NCBI GenBank assembly: GCA_023213395.1
Contig: CM041465.1
Span: 154,883,741-154,947,740, forward strand
Length of the DNA stretch: 64,000 nt
Direction: 5' to 3'
Source: Cycas panzhihuaensis
Lineage: Eukaryota > Plantae > Cycadophyta
Shown: positions 1 to 11,727 of the stretch, piece after piece
How the letters are laid out: the number at the start of each line of letters is the position of its first letter
How positions within the stretch are numbered: position 1 is the stretch's first letter
Position numbers and translations under genes: made by a program
The notes under the pieces: model-generated
What the model was told of the DNA's origin: nothing
Database searches by the model: none
Seen by the model: the letters and a program-made list of their open reading frames with translations, nothing else

Positions 1-1029
1 GCTTCAAATCTCAACAAAATTATATCAAAGATGTTACTAAGTCTAAACCTTAGTATAAAACATCAAATGATACATTGAAAAGTCACATGACATGAATTAA
101 GGAGTCACGGCTACCGCTTTAGTTTTCCAGCCTACACACTCATACACAGACAGGCATACTTCAAAAATGAGTGAAGACCTTACAAACAGTTAATAACACA
201 GGTCATATATAGCCCAGTCAACAGAACTAGTGCCCGACTGATATATATTTACTTCCAGCCAGCCTTAAAGGAGATAAAGTACCATAGAAAATAGTCTAGA
301 CAGCTCTAACATGTGCCTGGCTACATTAGTAAGTACATAACTAGCCTTGGTATAGTTGTACTACGCCCAAATCAGATACACAAGTCTCTAAAATAGTATA
401 TAAATAGCCCTAGCTATGTCTTAACATATAGATGTGGGTTTTCAAGTGTGCATATGGCTGAGATACAGGTCTTTTCATATATATAATGGAACTACAACTC
501 AAAGTTCAGTCACAACCATTTGTGGTACTAATAAATATAATCCAATTTTAGTATAGAAGGTAGAAAATAGTCCAAACAATGCTTTAATCTCTCCCTTATA
601 CAGACAAGATGCTTTTAATGGCCACAAAAGCTTTTTTTTTTAAATTTTATAGTGTTTTTGATGCGTAAGGAACTAACTTACGTGTATATATAGATGGTTG
701 TCCTTATAGTCATTGAATCACCATCAGGACGTGCTCTACATGTATCAATGTTTGCAATAGACTTTCAACTGACTTCGGATGGCCCTTGACGAGCCAAATC
801 TAACCATAAACATGGACTTCATGCCTGAATATTGACTCCAATAACCCTTATGTTTTGTTGAATAATGATCTTCACTGCTTCAACCTCCACCAATATAGTC
901 TGTCTGCTTCTACATGTTGCTGGGGTTGATGGACCCTCAAGACTTGTCTTGGGTTAGACGGTGTTACTCGGTAACCAACAATCACAGTACTTTGCTCAAC
1001 ATTAGGCCTTAGTTGTGTAGGACCCTGTA

Positions 1030-1433
1030 ACTCTGATACCATATTTAGGAATATGAAATCATACACAAATGTTCCTAATTATAGAATCTTTCACCATACA
1101 TAGCAAGCAAATAAATAAATATACACATATAATAGATGCATAGTATACAAGAATTTACGTGGGAAAACCCTTTTAGGAAAAAACCCACCACAAAAGGATC
1201 CTTGATTGATCTCTTAGATTATTGCATAATGGATTGATACAATGATCTTTGATGATGAATATATAAGGCCTTAAGGCATTTATATTGTCCAAGAGGTATC
1301 ACTCGATTAGGGTTGTGACCCTCTGAATAAGCCGCACATTTTGGCTTCGCATCCTTTCACTTAATTAAACCATATTAATATTAACTAAGTAGCTTAATAA
1401 TTAATTACCATATTAACAGTTCTCCACCTTAGC
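1030..1433 (-). mobile_element. Copia-type LTR (~1042-1418) flanked by both a PBS-Met (1030-1041) and a PPT (1419-1433)
   Basis: ACTCTGATACCA (reverse of TGGTATCAGAGT) abuts the left end. The right end TATTAACA is followed by GTTCTCCACCTTAGC (reverse of GCTAAGGTGGAGAAC, the same PPT type as 41622-41633). An internal GGGAAAACCCTTTTAGGAAAAAACCCACC motif is typical of Copia LTRs. Confidence 0.7.
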
Positions 1434-1459
1434 CTACCATACACCTAATATCTAGTGGT

Positions 1460-1640
1460 ATTCCTTATCTAATATGAGTAGACCAAAGGCATGTGTATGG
1501 TGGTAACTTCAGGGATCCTAATCATTCACCTTGTAAGGCTAGAGTAAGTGTGGTTAATTTAGGAGATTATCTTGTTAATGTAAAAAAAAAAAAATTTAAG
1601 TGTGGTCTTACTTATGCATACATAGGTTCTTTTTAAAACA
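1460..1640. repeat. Dispersed repeat, diverged copy of ~16995-17175 (probably LTR-derived)
   Basis: GTGGTAACTTCAGGGATCCTAATCATTCACCTTGTAAGG vs GTGGTAACTTTAAGGGTCCTAACCATTCCCCTTGCAAAG; similarity continues on both sides. Confidence 0.6.
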
Positions 1641-4317
1641 AAAAATGAAATAAAAGAAACTTTAAGCAGGTCTAAATATTTAAAATAAAAATAATAAGTA
1701 ATACTTTATATCAATTCACTATGAAAATAAAGCAAATAATCAAAGGTATTCTTTCTTAATAAATCAAAAGATAAATACCAATATATAAGCTAATATCTTT
1801 CAAATTGAAATGCTCTTTAAAACTAAAGTACACAAGAATACTATATGCACCTTCTCTAAGTGATGCAATGAATCAATGAAACTTTTAATCTTTGAATGCT
1901 CTTAAATCTTAGAATGTTAAGTGAACTTAGAAGCATAAAATAAATAAAGGGACTTATAACTATGCCTTTGTAATGCCTTTCTTTAGCTTAAAAGAATGAC
2001 TTTAAAATAAGTTAGAAAACTTCTTTGACTAATGAACCAATGAACTTTAAGATGTATGAAGATTATTACAAATATAATGTAAATAAAACAAAGAGAAGCT
2101 CCTTTGTAAATTTAGAAGTAAACTAGGTATACCTTGAAATTTTTATGTAGATATAATATTTTAAATAGCCAAATATGCTTAGAAAATATTCTAAATTTAG
2201 ATGAAAGTGTTAAATAAAGTAAATGGTCAAGGTAAGAAGTACTAATTTGATGTATTGATCAAAGTAGACCTCTTGATCCTCAAGAAGCTAAAACTAATGT
2301 TAAAAGACTATAAATCAACCTGTAATCTTATAGAAACCAGTAAATATCATCAAAAAATTAATTAGTAGTAAATGATACTCAAATATATTTAATTAAGATA
2401 AAAAATTAGATTAAAAATATTATAAAAGTATTTAATTAGGGCTAAACTAGATCCTTGATTTGAGGAGCTTTAAACACCTACAAAATAGTGCCAAAATAAA
2501 ATGAAACTAGTTACAATGTATAGAGCTCTAAAAATAAAATTTGGCAGTTCTTATGGTTTGAAAAATGAAGTTATAAAATCAAGTTATTAAAGAAATAACA
2601 AATAGACCCTTTTGTGGTTAATGAAATAAGCTCAATAAATAAAGGTCAATTTGGACCTAATTAAACACTGTAAAAATTGGGTCAAATCAAGTAATGAAAG
2701 ATACTAGGCTGTAGAGCTCTGAGTCAACTATCCAATGAATCTAAGGAATCATGAAATTGTCTCCCCAGTACTAAGTTATAGCTAAAAACATACACATCCC
2801 TCCTTTAGAGAAAAAATCAAAATGGAAAATGATTATGACTGTTAGCCCCTTAATGAGTAAGGTCAGGTTTACATGGGACCCAATAAGATCAACAACTAAG
2901 AGCCCAAAGGGTCTAACAGACTTTAAATCTTATAAAAAAGGATTAATTCCCTTAAAAACTAAAATTATAAAATATAATTTATATAATGTTTGAATCCACC
3001 CTTTTAACGTAAAAAACATAGTCACATGGACCAAGATATAATCAAGGCTCAATGATGAAGGGGGCTAAAGTATAAATACATTCTAGAATTAAACTTAATA
3101 TCAAATTTAATTAATTTTTTATGAAACTATATAAAAAAATAAAATAAATTAATAGAGATAATTTCACATTAACTGATGATTAATAGACAGACGAAATAAA
3201 TGAAAATTAATCAAGAATCGATCAAAAAATGATCCAAGAATGGATCAATTCATCCATTGTGAGGGGGGGCAGGGGGGTTGGGGCTTGATATAGATCAAAT
3301 AAATATATTTATTTTCAAAAAATATTTAAAATAAAGGAAAAAATAGTGAAGAAACGATGACCATGCAGTATGCGTTAATGGAGAGCTACGTAGAGGAGTC
3401 GAGAATCAGCAAATATAATTAGCTCTCTCGCTTGCAGCTTGCAAAGATCCTTATCATGTAGTGTCAACACATAGAGAAAGTAGGTGATGAAGATGAATAT
3501 ACAAATTTATATTAAATAAATAAGAAACAAACTGTATGTGTTGGTATCAATGTAGAGGAGATTTGGGTTATTGGTTACTTGATGAAGTTTCCTTTGAATC
3601 AATCTAGATTCCACAAAGGAGGTCACCCATGATGTGTAAAGGGATCCAACCCTTGAAACATACCAAACAATATTATATCTATATATATTTATATATAAAT
3701 TAAAAAATATAAAAGCTTGAAGTATGGGTGGCAGATGGTAACCAGTTCATGGTGAGAGATAGAGTTGAGAGGAGAGCTCTATGATTCACTCAGAATCACT
3801 GGGGAGTGCCCAAGCCTACACACTAGATTAGACTACAAACAAATATTGAAATGTAAAAGAAACAAAGGGAAAAGTAATGGGGTTTTCACACACCCAAGGA
3901 TTACTTGGCAGTATAAAGAGTATATCTCCACGTAGAATGGATGAAACGCCAAACGAATTCCTTTGTTGCGAAGTAGACTCAATTGTAATCAAAACAAGTG
4001 GTCATTTATAGGGCTTCTGTGTAGCATGGTGATCGTACCAGCCTGCTAAACTTAAGGGACCTTGCAAAATCTTTAAAAAATAGTAAAAAAAAAATTAAAA
4101 AACATAAACTTTATCAATTAAATTCTAAACATAATCACACCAGGCTATTGTTGGGCTGAATGCACTTAATTTTATTACAAATTACTAAAGAAATACTGAT
4201 CAAACAAGTGTCATGTAATAAATATATCAAATATTCACAAACTATATAATAAATAATATTAAAAACTATAGAACAAATAAAATACTTAGTAATACTACTT
4301 GTTGTTGACTGAACGTG

Positions 4318-4634
4318 GCTTTGATACCAAATGTTAGAGTTAATGATAGAGCAGTAACATTACTAGGCCATGTTAAATAAGTTAACCATAATTTCAATTT
4401 GAAGGCATTGTTAAAAAACACCAGGGAGGCATTCTCCATCAATATATAAGTTTGGCGAGGTGGCAAGTGCCTCTACCTAATAAATTCAAAAAATAAAGAA
4501 AATAATAGATGAATTATTAAAATAACTCACTTTAGTTAGCTTTGGTGGCTACATGTAAGCTCTAGGTGGCTACATGGTGTTTATAGGTGGCCTGAGGTGC
4601 CATTTGGCGGCCCGAGGATGGCTACACACTTATC
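4318..4634 (-). mobile_element. Degenerate PBS-Met plus adjoining LTR fragment
   Basis: GCTTTGATACCA-AA-TGTTAGAG at 4318-4339; short GGTGGCTACATG repeats at 4543-4625. The right boundary is approximate. Confidence 0.45.
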
Positions 4635-4650
4635 ACACATTGGGTATTAT

Positions 4651-4789
4651 CCCAACAAGATTGAGTTAGTCTACTATAGCATAGAAGAACAAGTGATAGA
4701 CATCTTTACTAAAGCTCTTGGAAAGATTAAATTTCATAAATTCAAATACAACCTTAGAGTCTTCCCAAATGCATATTATGGGGGGGAAA
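4651..4789 (+). pseudogene. Copia RNase H C-terminus plus PPT, followed by an LTR start at 4790
   Basis: KIELVYYSIEEQVIDIFTKALGKIKFHKFKYNLRV (Copia 'ADIFTKAL' motif), then GGGGGGGAAA and TATTGG (eroded TGTTGG). Confidence 0.8.
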
Positions 4790-5089
4790 TATTGGCTAAT
4801 GATCATTTGAAATGTTAACATGTGTGTTGGCATTGGGGTTGGTGGAGTCGATATTGGCCAACCCTAGCCTAGTATTTAATATTTTTTTAAATGTTATTTT
4901 TAAACATTGAAGATAGTAGATATTAGGCTCACACATAACTCCCATCTATTTATACCAAGCTACAAGGCTCCCAGGAATTCGTTAACACTACCTATTCTTT
5001 ACTATAAATTTGTTACCTAAGATGGCTTTGTAGTTTGATTGGTCCCTCTAACTCTCACTTCCTTCACATTAAATCCCATTTCAAGAAAG

Positions 5090-6723
5090 TACATGAAGAG
5101 TACAAAAGAAGTTAAGTTAATCCACACAAATTTGTGTAGTCCAATCATACCAAATTTAATTAGTGGTATAAGGTATTTTCTTACCTTCATTGATGACTTC
5201 TATAGAAAAGCTAGGTTATATTTACTATATAGTAAATCAAAGGTCTTAGCTCATTTTAATGAATTTAAAGTTCAAGCAGAGTTAGAAAGTAAATACAAAA
5301 TAAAAAATCTATGGTCATATAAAGGAGGAGATTATATTTCAAATGATTTCTATTATTTTTGTAAACTAAATAGAATACAAATATAAGTCATTACTTCTTA
5401 TATACCTAAATCAAATGGAGTAGCTAAATGAATGAATAGAATAATAATAGAGATGACTTGATGAATGATAAGTGAAAAATAGTGACAAAAGTATATTAGG
5501 CTTAAGCATTTAATACAATTGCATTTCTTATTAATGGAAGTCTCACTTAAGTCCTTGATAAAATCACTACCAAAGAAGCTTGGATAAGAAAAAAGCTAAA
5601 TGCAAATCATCTCAAAATCTTTGGAAGTAAGGCTTATTTTATATTCCTAATAAAAAAAGAACTAAGTTAAATGACAAAAGTATAGTATACATTATGATTA
5701 GATATAGTAATAAATCTAAAGCATATAGATACATAGACCCAAAAATAAATATATTTTATATTAGTAGAGATGTAACATTTGATGAAAATATATTCAAAGA
5801 AAATAAAAAAGGGAAAATTATTAAAAGATAAGTTGAAAAAAATATAAAAATTTTTATTCTAGTAGAGGAAATGTCTCAAGTAACTATTATTGAAGAAGAT
5901 ACCTTAAACACCAAGGTCCATGAAGAAAATGAGTAGGATATTTTTGAATGTGAGATCCAAGGAGAGAATTAAGAAGATATTTTTAAAGAACAAGATCCAT
6001 TTAAGATAGAATACAGTCCATAATAAGGAAGAGTTGGTAGAAGTCAGTAAAAAAAATTACCAAAATGGTATATAAATATAATCAATGAATCAAAAAGTAA
6101 TGTATTTAAACATAAGACTGAATCTCAAAAACATCAAAGTTTAATTTATTCAATTAAACCACAAAGATATAGAGAAGCATATATTTATTTGGAGTGATAA
6201 AGAGTAATAGATATAGAAATCAATGCTATAAACAAAAATAGGACTTAGGAATGAGTCACTACACCTAATAATAAACCCATTATTGGATGTAAATGAGTAT
6301 ATAAAGTCAAAAAAAAAAAATTAATGGTACCATTAAAAACTACAAAGCTAAGCTTATAGCAGAAAGGTACATTCAAACTATAGGAATAAACTATAGAGAC
6401 CTTCTTTCTAGTAGCAAAATTAGTAACTATAAGAATAATTATTGTTCTAGTAACACAATTTAGATAGAATATTATACAGTTTGATGTAAAATATGTCTTT
6501 CTAAATGAAGATCTAAATGAGAAAGTGTATATGGAACAACCCTCTAGATACATAGAGAAAGGAAAAGAACATCTTGTTTGTTGGATCAAAATAACTCTAT
6601 ATGGTTTAAAATAGGTACCTACAACCTAGTACACAAAATTAGATCAACATCTTAAACAAGAAGGCTTTAGTCAGTGTAAATTTAATACTAGCCTCTATAT
6701 TAAAATAAATAAAAGTGGTATAA
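5090..6723 (+). pseudogene. Copia integrase and reverse transcriptase N-half, decayed
   Basis: LIHTNLCSP...RYFLTFIDDFYRK...KGGDY integrase core; RT motifs KPIIGCK*VYKVK and QFDVKYVFLNEDLNEKVYMEQP; many stops. Confidence 0.9.
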
Positions 6724-6970
6724 TGTAACGAACCTATTCCTATTACCATTCAACATAGAGAAATAGAAATAAAAAATGATAGATAAAAGATAAAGAAGAA
6801 GATAAAGTTCCAAAGAACATTCATTAACATAAGATTACAAAATACATCATGATGATCTCCTTATACATTATATACATATATATGGGGTAATTAAGGTTGC
6901 CCATATCTTAGACTTATGCATGTGGGATAAATACAATACGAGTAACCTCATATGGTGGAGGATCATAACA
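6724..6970 (-). repeat. 3' LTR of the tandem element
   Basis: TGTAACGAACC...GATCATAACA; near-identical to 8577-8821 and 10428-10677. Confidence 0.95.
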
Positions 6971-6981
6971 TGCCCTCCCCC

Positions 6982-7866
6982 CTAAAAATGCTTTGCCCTC
7001 AAAGCATCCTGATTTAATGACCATCTCTTGGTATTATTCTTCAATCGATAGTTCTTATGAATGTTGGTAGAAAAGTTATGCATGGAATAAGGATCTATCC
7101 ATCCCAAGTTGATCTTAATACACCTTGAATATCCTCTTATATACTCTGCATATCTGTAATGTTAACACCATAAGCTTGAATGTTGTTCTTGCCTGGTGTT
7201 TGTAGTAGATGAATGCCTTGCTTGATAAGTTTTCTTGTGCTGGGCCTCTTGATAATGTGGATGTCGATATAGTTCCACTTTAGTTTGCCTTTTAACTATT
7301 TGTAATGCATTTTGTTCCTTATCCTTAGGTGCCACTGATGGTGTGGGGTGGTAAATAACTTTTGTTAAATACTCTTCCATTTGAGGTGATACCTTTTCTT
7401 CCTTGTCCTTGGGTGCAGCCAGTAGTGTAGGATGACAAACAACTTCTATTACCTGCTCTTGACATTCCTCTTCTTTCTCATAATCTTCCTTTTGTTCTTG
7501 ACTTTGTGGAGTTGGGAGAATTCCTTATGCCACACTATGATTATACTTCTCAAGTATTTGTCGTGCTTCTTGTTTATTTTGTTCAAGACTTTGCATCTCT
7601 TTCCACCACGAATCATTATATTTCTTACAAATAGCTAGTTCTAGAAAATAAAATGTATTAAGGAGATGATTTGGGTCATACCAATCTTTAAACAAAAGAT
7701 AAGCCTCTCCTTGTAGATATAATGAGGCTACTATAGTCATCTCCTCATTACGCATGTAGTTTTCATCAAGTGATTTTAAATATACATCCATATCTTTAAC
7801 CCAATCTTTTACAGAAAGAGTCCCATCCGCATTAAAGATGCATGATATGAGCCTTTTTGTAGCCAT
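6982..7866 (-). pseudogene. Gag-derived ORF, copy 1 (294 aa ancestral; 2 premature stops)
   Basis: MATKRLISCIFNADG...DWVKDMDVYL...ASLYLQGEAYLLF (retrotransposon Gag-like); one 885-nt frame ending just inside the PPT. Confidence 0.75.
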
Positions 7867-8576
7867 GATATTGTGGATATAGGAGAGATTAGGGGTGTTT
7901 ATAGCCTGTTATCCCCTAATTTTAATACAAAATTATATATTGGGCCTCACGAGCAATGGTTTTGAGACCATAGTCTTAATGACTAAGAAAATATAGTATG
8001 AAACCCTTAATTTCAAAAACTTTATTTCTAAAAAAATATATAGCTCAAAAATATATAAAATATAGAGTAGAATTATAGCCTCTGAAATATAATTCCAATG
8101 GTATAAACAAAATTGAATTATGATATCTAGATCAAAAGTTATGCCCCTTTTAAGAATTTCATTGTTAGGGTTTTTATAGGCTGAAATAGTACTTGCTGAT
8201 AAAATGTTAATAACTTTTTACTCTAAACTCTGATGAACCACAAACTACTTCCACTAGAAAGTAAATTAAAAAATGCATAGAATTAAAAATAAATTGAGTT
8301 CATTTGGATACTTGTAGCAAATGTTATGGATCTTTGAAGTTGAGGTTACAGATGTGTCCCAGAATTACGGTGATGGAAAAAAAATAGGCCGAAATTAATT
8401 TTGCTACAATTTTCACACTTGCACCCCAAAATCTATAGTGTGACCACTCAAAATTTATAGAACGAGCTATTTCGTCTCAATTTCACCATTTTTTCTTAGA
8501 ATTTTTAATGTTTATTCTCTTGAAGATGCTTTCGAACCTTTGATGACACCTCCAAGATCGTCGCTCTGATACCAAT

Positions 8577-8821
8577 TGTAACGAACCTATTCTTGTTACC
8601 ATTCAACATAGAGAAATAGAAATATAAAATGATAGATAAAAGATAAAGAAGAAGATGAAGTTCTAAAGAACATTCATTAACATAAGATTACAAAATACAT
8701 CATGATGATCTCCTTATACATTATATACATATATATGGGGCAATTATACGCCCATCTCTTAGACTTATGCATGTGGGATAAATGCAATACAAGTAACCTC
8801 ATATGGTGGACGATCATAAGA
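8577..8821 (-). repeat. Shared middle LTR of the tandem element
   Basis: Bounded by a PBS on the left and a PPT on the right. Confidence 0.95.
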
Positions 8822-8832
8822 TACCCTCCCCC

Positions 8833-9717
8833 CTAAAAATGCTTTACCCTCGAAGCATCCTGATTTAATGGCCATCTCTTGCTATTATTCTTCAATCAAT
8901 AGCTCTTACGAATGTTGGTAGAAATGTTGTGCATGGAATAAGGATCTATTTATCCCAAGTTGATCTTGATACACCCTGAATATCCTCTAATATACTCTGC
9001 ATATCTGTAATGTTGACACCATAAGCTTGAATGTTGTTCTTGTTTGGTGTTTGGCATAGATGAATGCCTTGCTTGATAAGTTTTCTTGTGTTGGGCCTCT
9101 TGATAATGTGGATGCCGATATGGTTCCACTTTAGTTTTCCTTTCAACTATTTATGATGCATTTTGTTCCTTATCCTTAGTTGCCACTGATGGTATGGGGT
9201 GGCAAATAACTTTTGTTACATGCTCTTCCATTTGAGGTGATACCTTTTCTTCCTTGTCCTTGGGTGCAACCGGTGGTGCGGGATGACAAATAACTTCTAT
9301 TACCTGCTCTTGACATTCCTCTTCTTTCTCATAATCTTCCTTTTATTCTTAACTTTGTGGAGTTGGGAGAATTTCTTGTCCCATACTATGATTATACTTC
9401 TCAAGTATTTGTCGTGCTTCTTGCTTATTTTGTTCAAGACTTTGCATCTCTTTCCACCACGAATCATTATATTTCTTACGGATAGCTAGTTCTAGAAAAT
9501 AAAATATATTAAGGAGATGATCTGGGTCATACCAATCTTTAAACAATAGATAAGCCTCTCCTTGTAGATATAATAAGGCTACTATAGTCATCTCCTCATT
9601 GCGCATGTAGTTTTTATCAAGTGATTTTAAATATACATCCATATCTTTAACCCAATCTTTTACAGAAAGAGTCCCATCCCCATTAAAGATGCGCGATATG
9701 AGCCTTTTTGTAGCCAT
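8833..9717 (-). pseudogene. Gag-derived ORF, copy 2 (294 aa ancestral; 5 premature stops)
   Basis: Same 885-nt frame as copy 1; the stops fall at different codons. Confidence 0.75.
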
Positions 9718-10427
9718 GATATTGTGGATATAGGAGAGATTATAGGTGTCTATAGCCCATTATTCCCTAATTTTGATACAAAATTATATATTGGGCCTCC
9801 CGAGCAATGGTTTTGAGACCATAATCTTAATGACTAAGAAAATATAGTATGAAATCCTTAATTTCAAAAAAATTATTTCTAAAAAAATATATAGCTCAAA
9901 AATATATAAAATATGGAGTAAAATTATGGCCTCTGAAATACAATTCCAATGGTACAAACAAAATTGAATTCTGATATCTAGATCAAAAGTTATGCCCCTT
10001 TTAAGAATTTCATTATTAGGGTTTTTATAGTCTAAAATAGTACTTGCTGATAAAATGCTAATAACATTTTACTCTAAACTCTGATGTACCTCAAACTACT
10101 TCCACTAGAAAGTAAATTAAAAAATGCATAGAATAAAAAAAAAATTGAGGTCATTTGGATACCTGTAGCAAACGTTATGGATCTTTGAAGTTGAGGTTAT
10201 AGATGTATCCCAGAATTACGGTGATGGAAAAAAAGCAGGCCGAAATTAATTTTGCTGTAATTTTCGCACTTCCACCCCAAAATCTATAATGCAACCACTC
10301 AAAATTTATAGAATGAGCCATCTCATCTCAATTTCACCATTGCTTCTTAGAATTTTCAACATTTATTCTCTTGAAGATGCTTTCAAACCTTTAATGACAC
10401 CTCTAAGATATTCGCTCTGATACCAAT

Positions 10428-10677
10428 TGTAACGAACCTATTCTTGTTACCATTCAACATAGAGAAATAGAAATATAAAATGATAGATAAAAGATAAAGA
10501 AGAAGATGAAGTTCCAAAGAACATTCATTAACATAAGATTACAAAATACATCATGATGATCTCCTTATACATTATATACATATATATGGGGCAATTAAGG
10601 TTGCCCATCTCTTAGACTTATGCATGTGGTATAAATGCAATACCTCATATAACCTCATATGGTGGAGGATCATAACA
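10428..10677 (-). repeat. 5' LTR of the tandem element
   Basis: TGTAACGAACC...CATAACA, adjacent to the PBS. Confidence 0.95.
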
Positions 10678-11210
10678 TCTAATTACTACTATAGCGTCTT
10701 ATGTAGATGATATAATAGTCATTGAAAATGATTATGATATAATTTAACAAGTCACAATTTAGATGGAAAATATGTTTGAAATGATAAAGATGGGATTACT
10801 TTATTACTACCTTGGTATTGAAGCAGATCAAAGAATATTTTGTATTTCTATCCTAAATAAAATATGTAAAAACTCTACTTAAAAAATTCAAAATAAAAGA
10901 TTTCAATGCTAGTATAATCCTAATTGAAATAAGACATATCCTTACTATGGATGAAAGTGAACAAAAAGTTGATGAAATTTTGTACCAATAACTAATAGGT
11001 AGTCTTATTTATCTTATAGCCACCATGTCAGATATTTCATATTTAGCCAAAATAATCTCTAGATATATGTAATCTCTAAAATTTTCTCATTGGAATATTA
11101 TGAAAAGAATTGTGAGGTATATCAAAGGAACTTCAACATTGGGACTTAATTATACAAAGGCATTAAACTTTTAGCTAACAAGTTATAGTAATTTAGACAA
11201 GGTTGGATAT
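10678..11210 (+). pseudogene. Copia RT C-half and start of RNase H (continuation of 5090-6723)
   Basis: SYVDDII catalytic motif, MGLLYYYLGIE, LIGSLIYLIATMSDISY, KRIVRYIKGT, SYSNLD. Confidence 0.9.
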
Positions 11211-11726
11211 TGATGCATCTAGATATCATTTCACTTTTAGGCCTATTATTGTTAAACCTTTATATTTAAATATTAAGTGATATACTTTATATTATAACAA
11301 TATGGACTTTATGTAAAGGTGTCTTATCACATAATATGATAAAGTACATGGCTATATTCTTTTAGTGAAGATTGTTAACAGTCTGTGAGTGCTAATAGGT
11401 ATATTCATAGCTAGGAGTATCTGTAGTGCTCCCCTTCCCTCCCTTGTCTTCATACTTGGTGTTGTAGTATAGGTAGCACTAATTACCTTTGTCTCTCATA
11501 GTGACATCAGGAATGGAAAATAGGAAAACCATACTCGTCATGGTCCACGAAGAGATCACCATCTATGTAGCTGCTATTGCATATCGTTGGCATGCCTTTG
11601 GTTTACATTTTTTAATTTTATTTATTTATTTTTTATTTTAATTTTAATGGGAGTAAACTTTGCCCCTGAGTGGAGACCCCTCGCCTCCCTCATCAAAGTC
11701 ATCTGAGGGTGCCTATCGACACAACA
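11208..11726 (+). mobile_element. Possible LTR fragment truncating the Copia
   Basis: Non-coding, ends in GACACAACA (an LTR-like terminus); no TSD found. Confidence 0.35.
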
Positions 11727-11727
11727 A

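Larger units (their letters stand above)
6724..10677 (-). mobile_element. Tandem non-autonomous LTR element, LTR-I-LTR-I-LTR (TR-GAG/TRIM-like, probably chromovirus-derived)
   Basis: Three ~250-bp LTRs at a 1853/1851-bp period; PBS-Met at 8563-8574 and 10414-10425; PPT at 6971-6985 and 8822-8836; TSD TATAA (6719-6723) / TCTAA (10678-10682). Removing the element restores the host RT frame YIKINKSG-LITTIASYVDDII. Confidence 0.95.

Noticed and set aside
3538-4030. Possible additional LTR, including TGGTATCAA at 3542
   Set aside because: The PBS match is incomplete and no partner LTR or TSD could be defined.
7432-7638. Duplicated hydrophobic + strand ORFs (also 9283-9489, 20936-21121, 34252-34437)
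   Set aside because: Antisense or LTR shadow ORFs, duplicated only because the repeats are.
6724-10677. Assembly duplication or satellite
   Set aside because: The units differ at many sites and have LTR/PBS/PPT/TSD structure.
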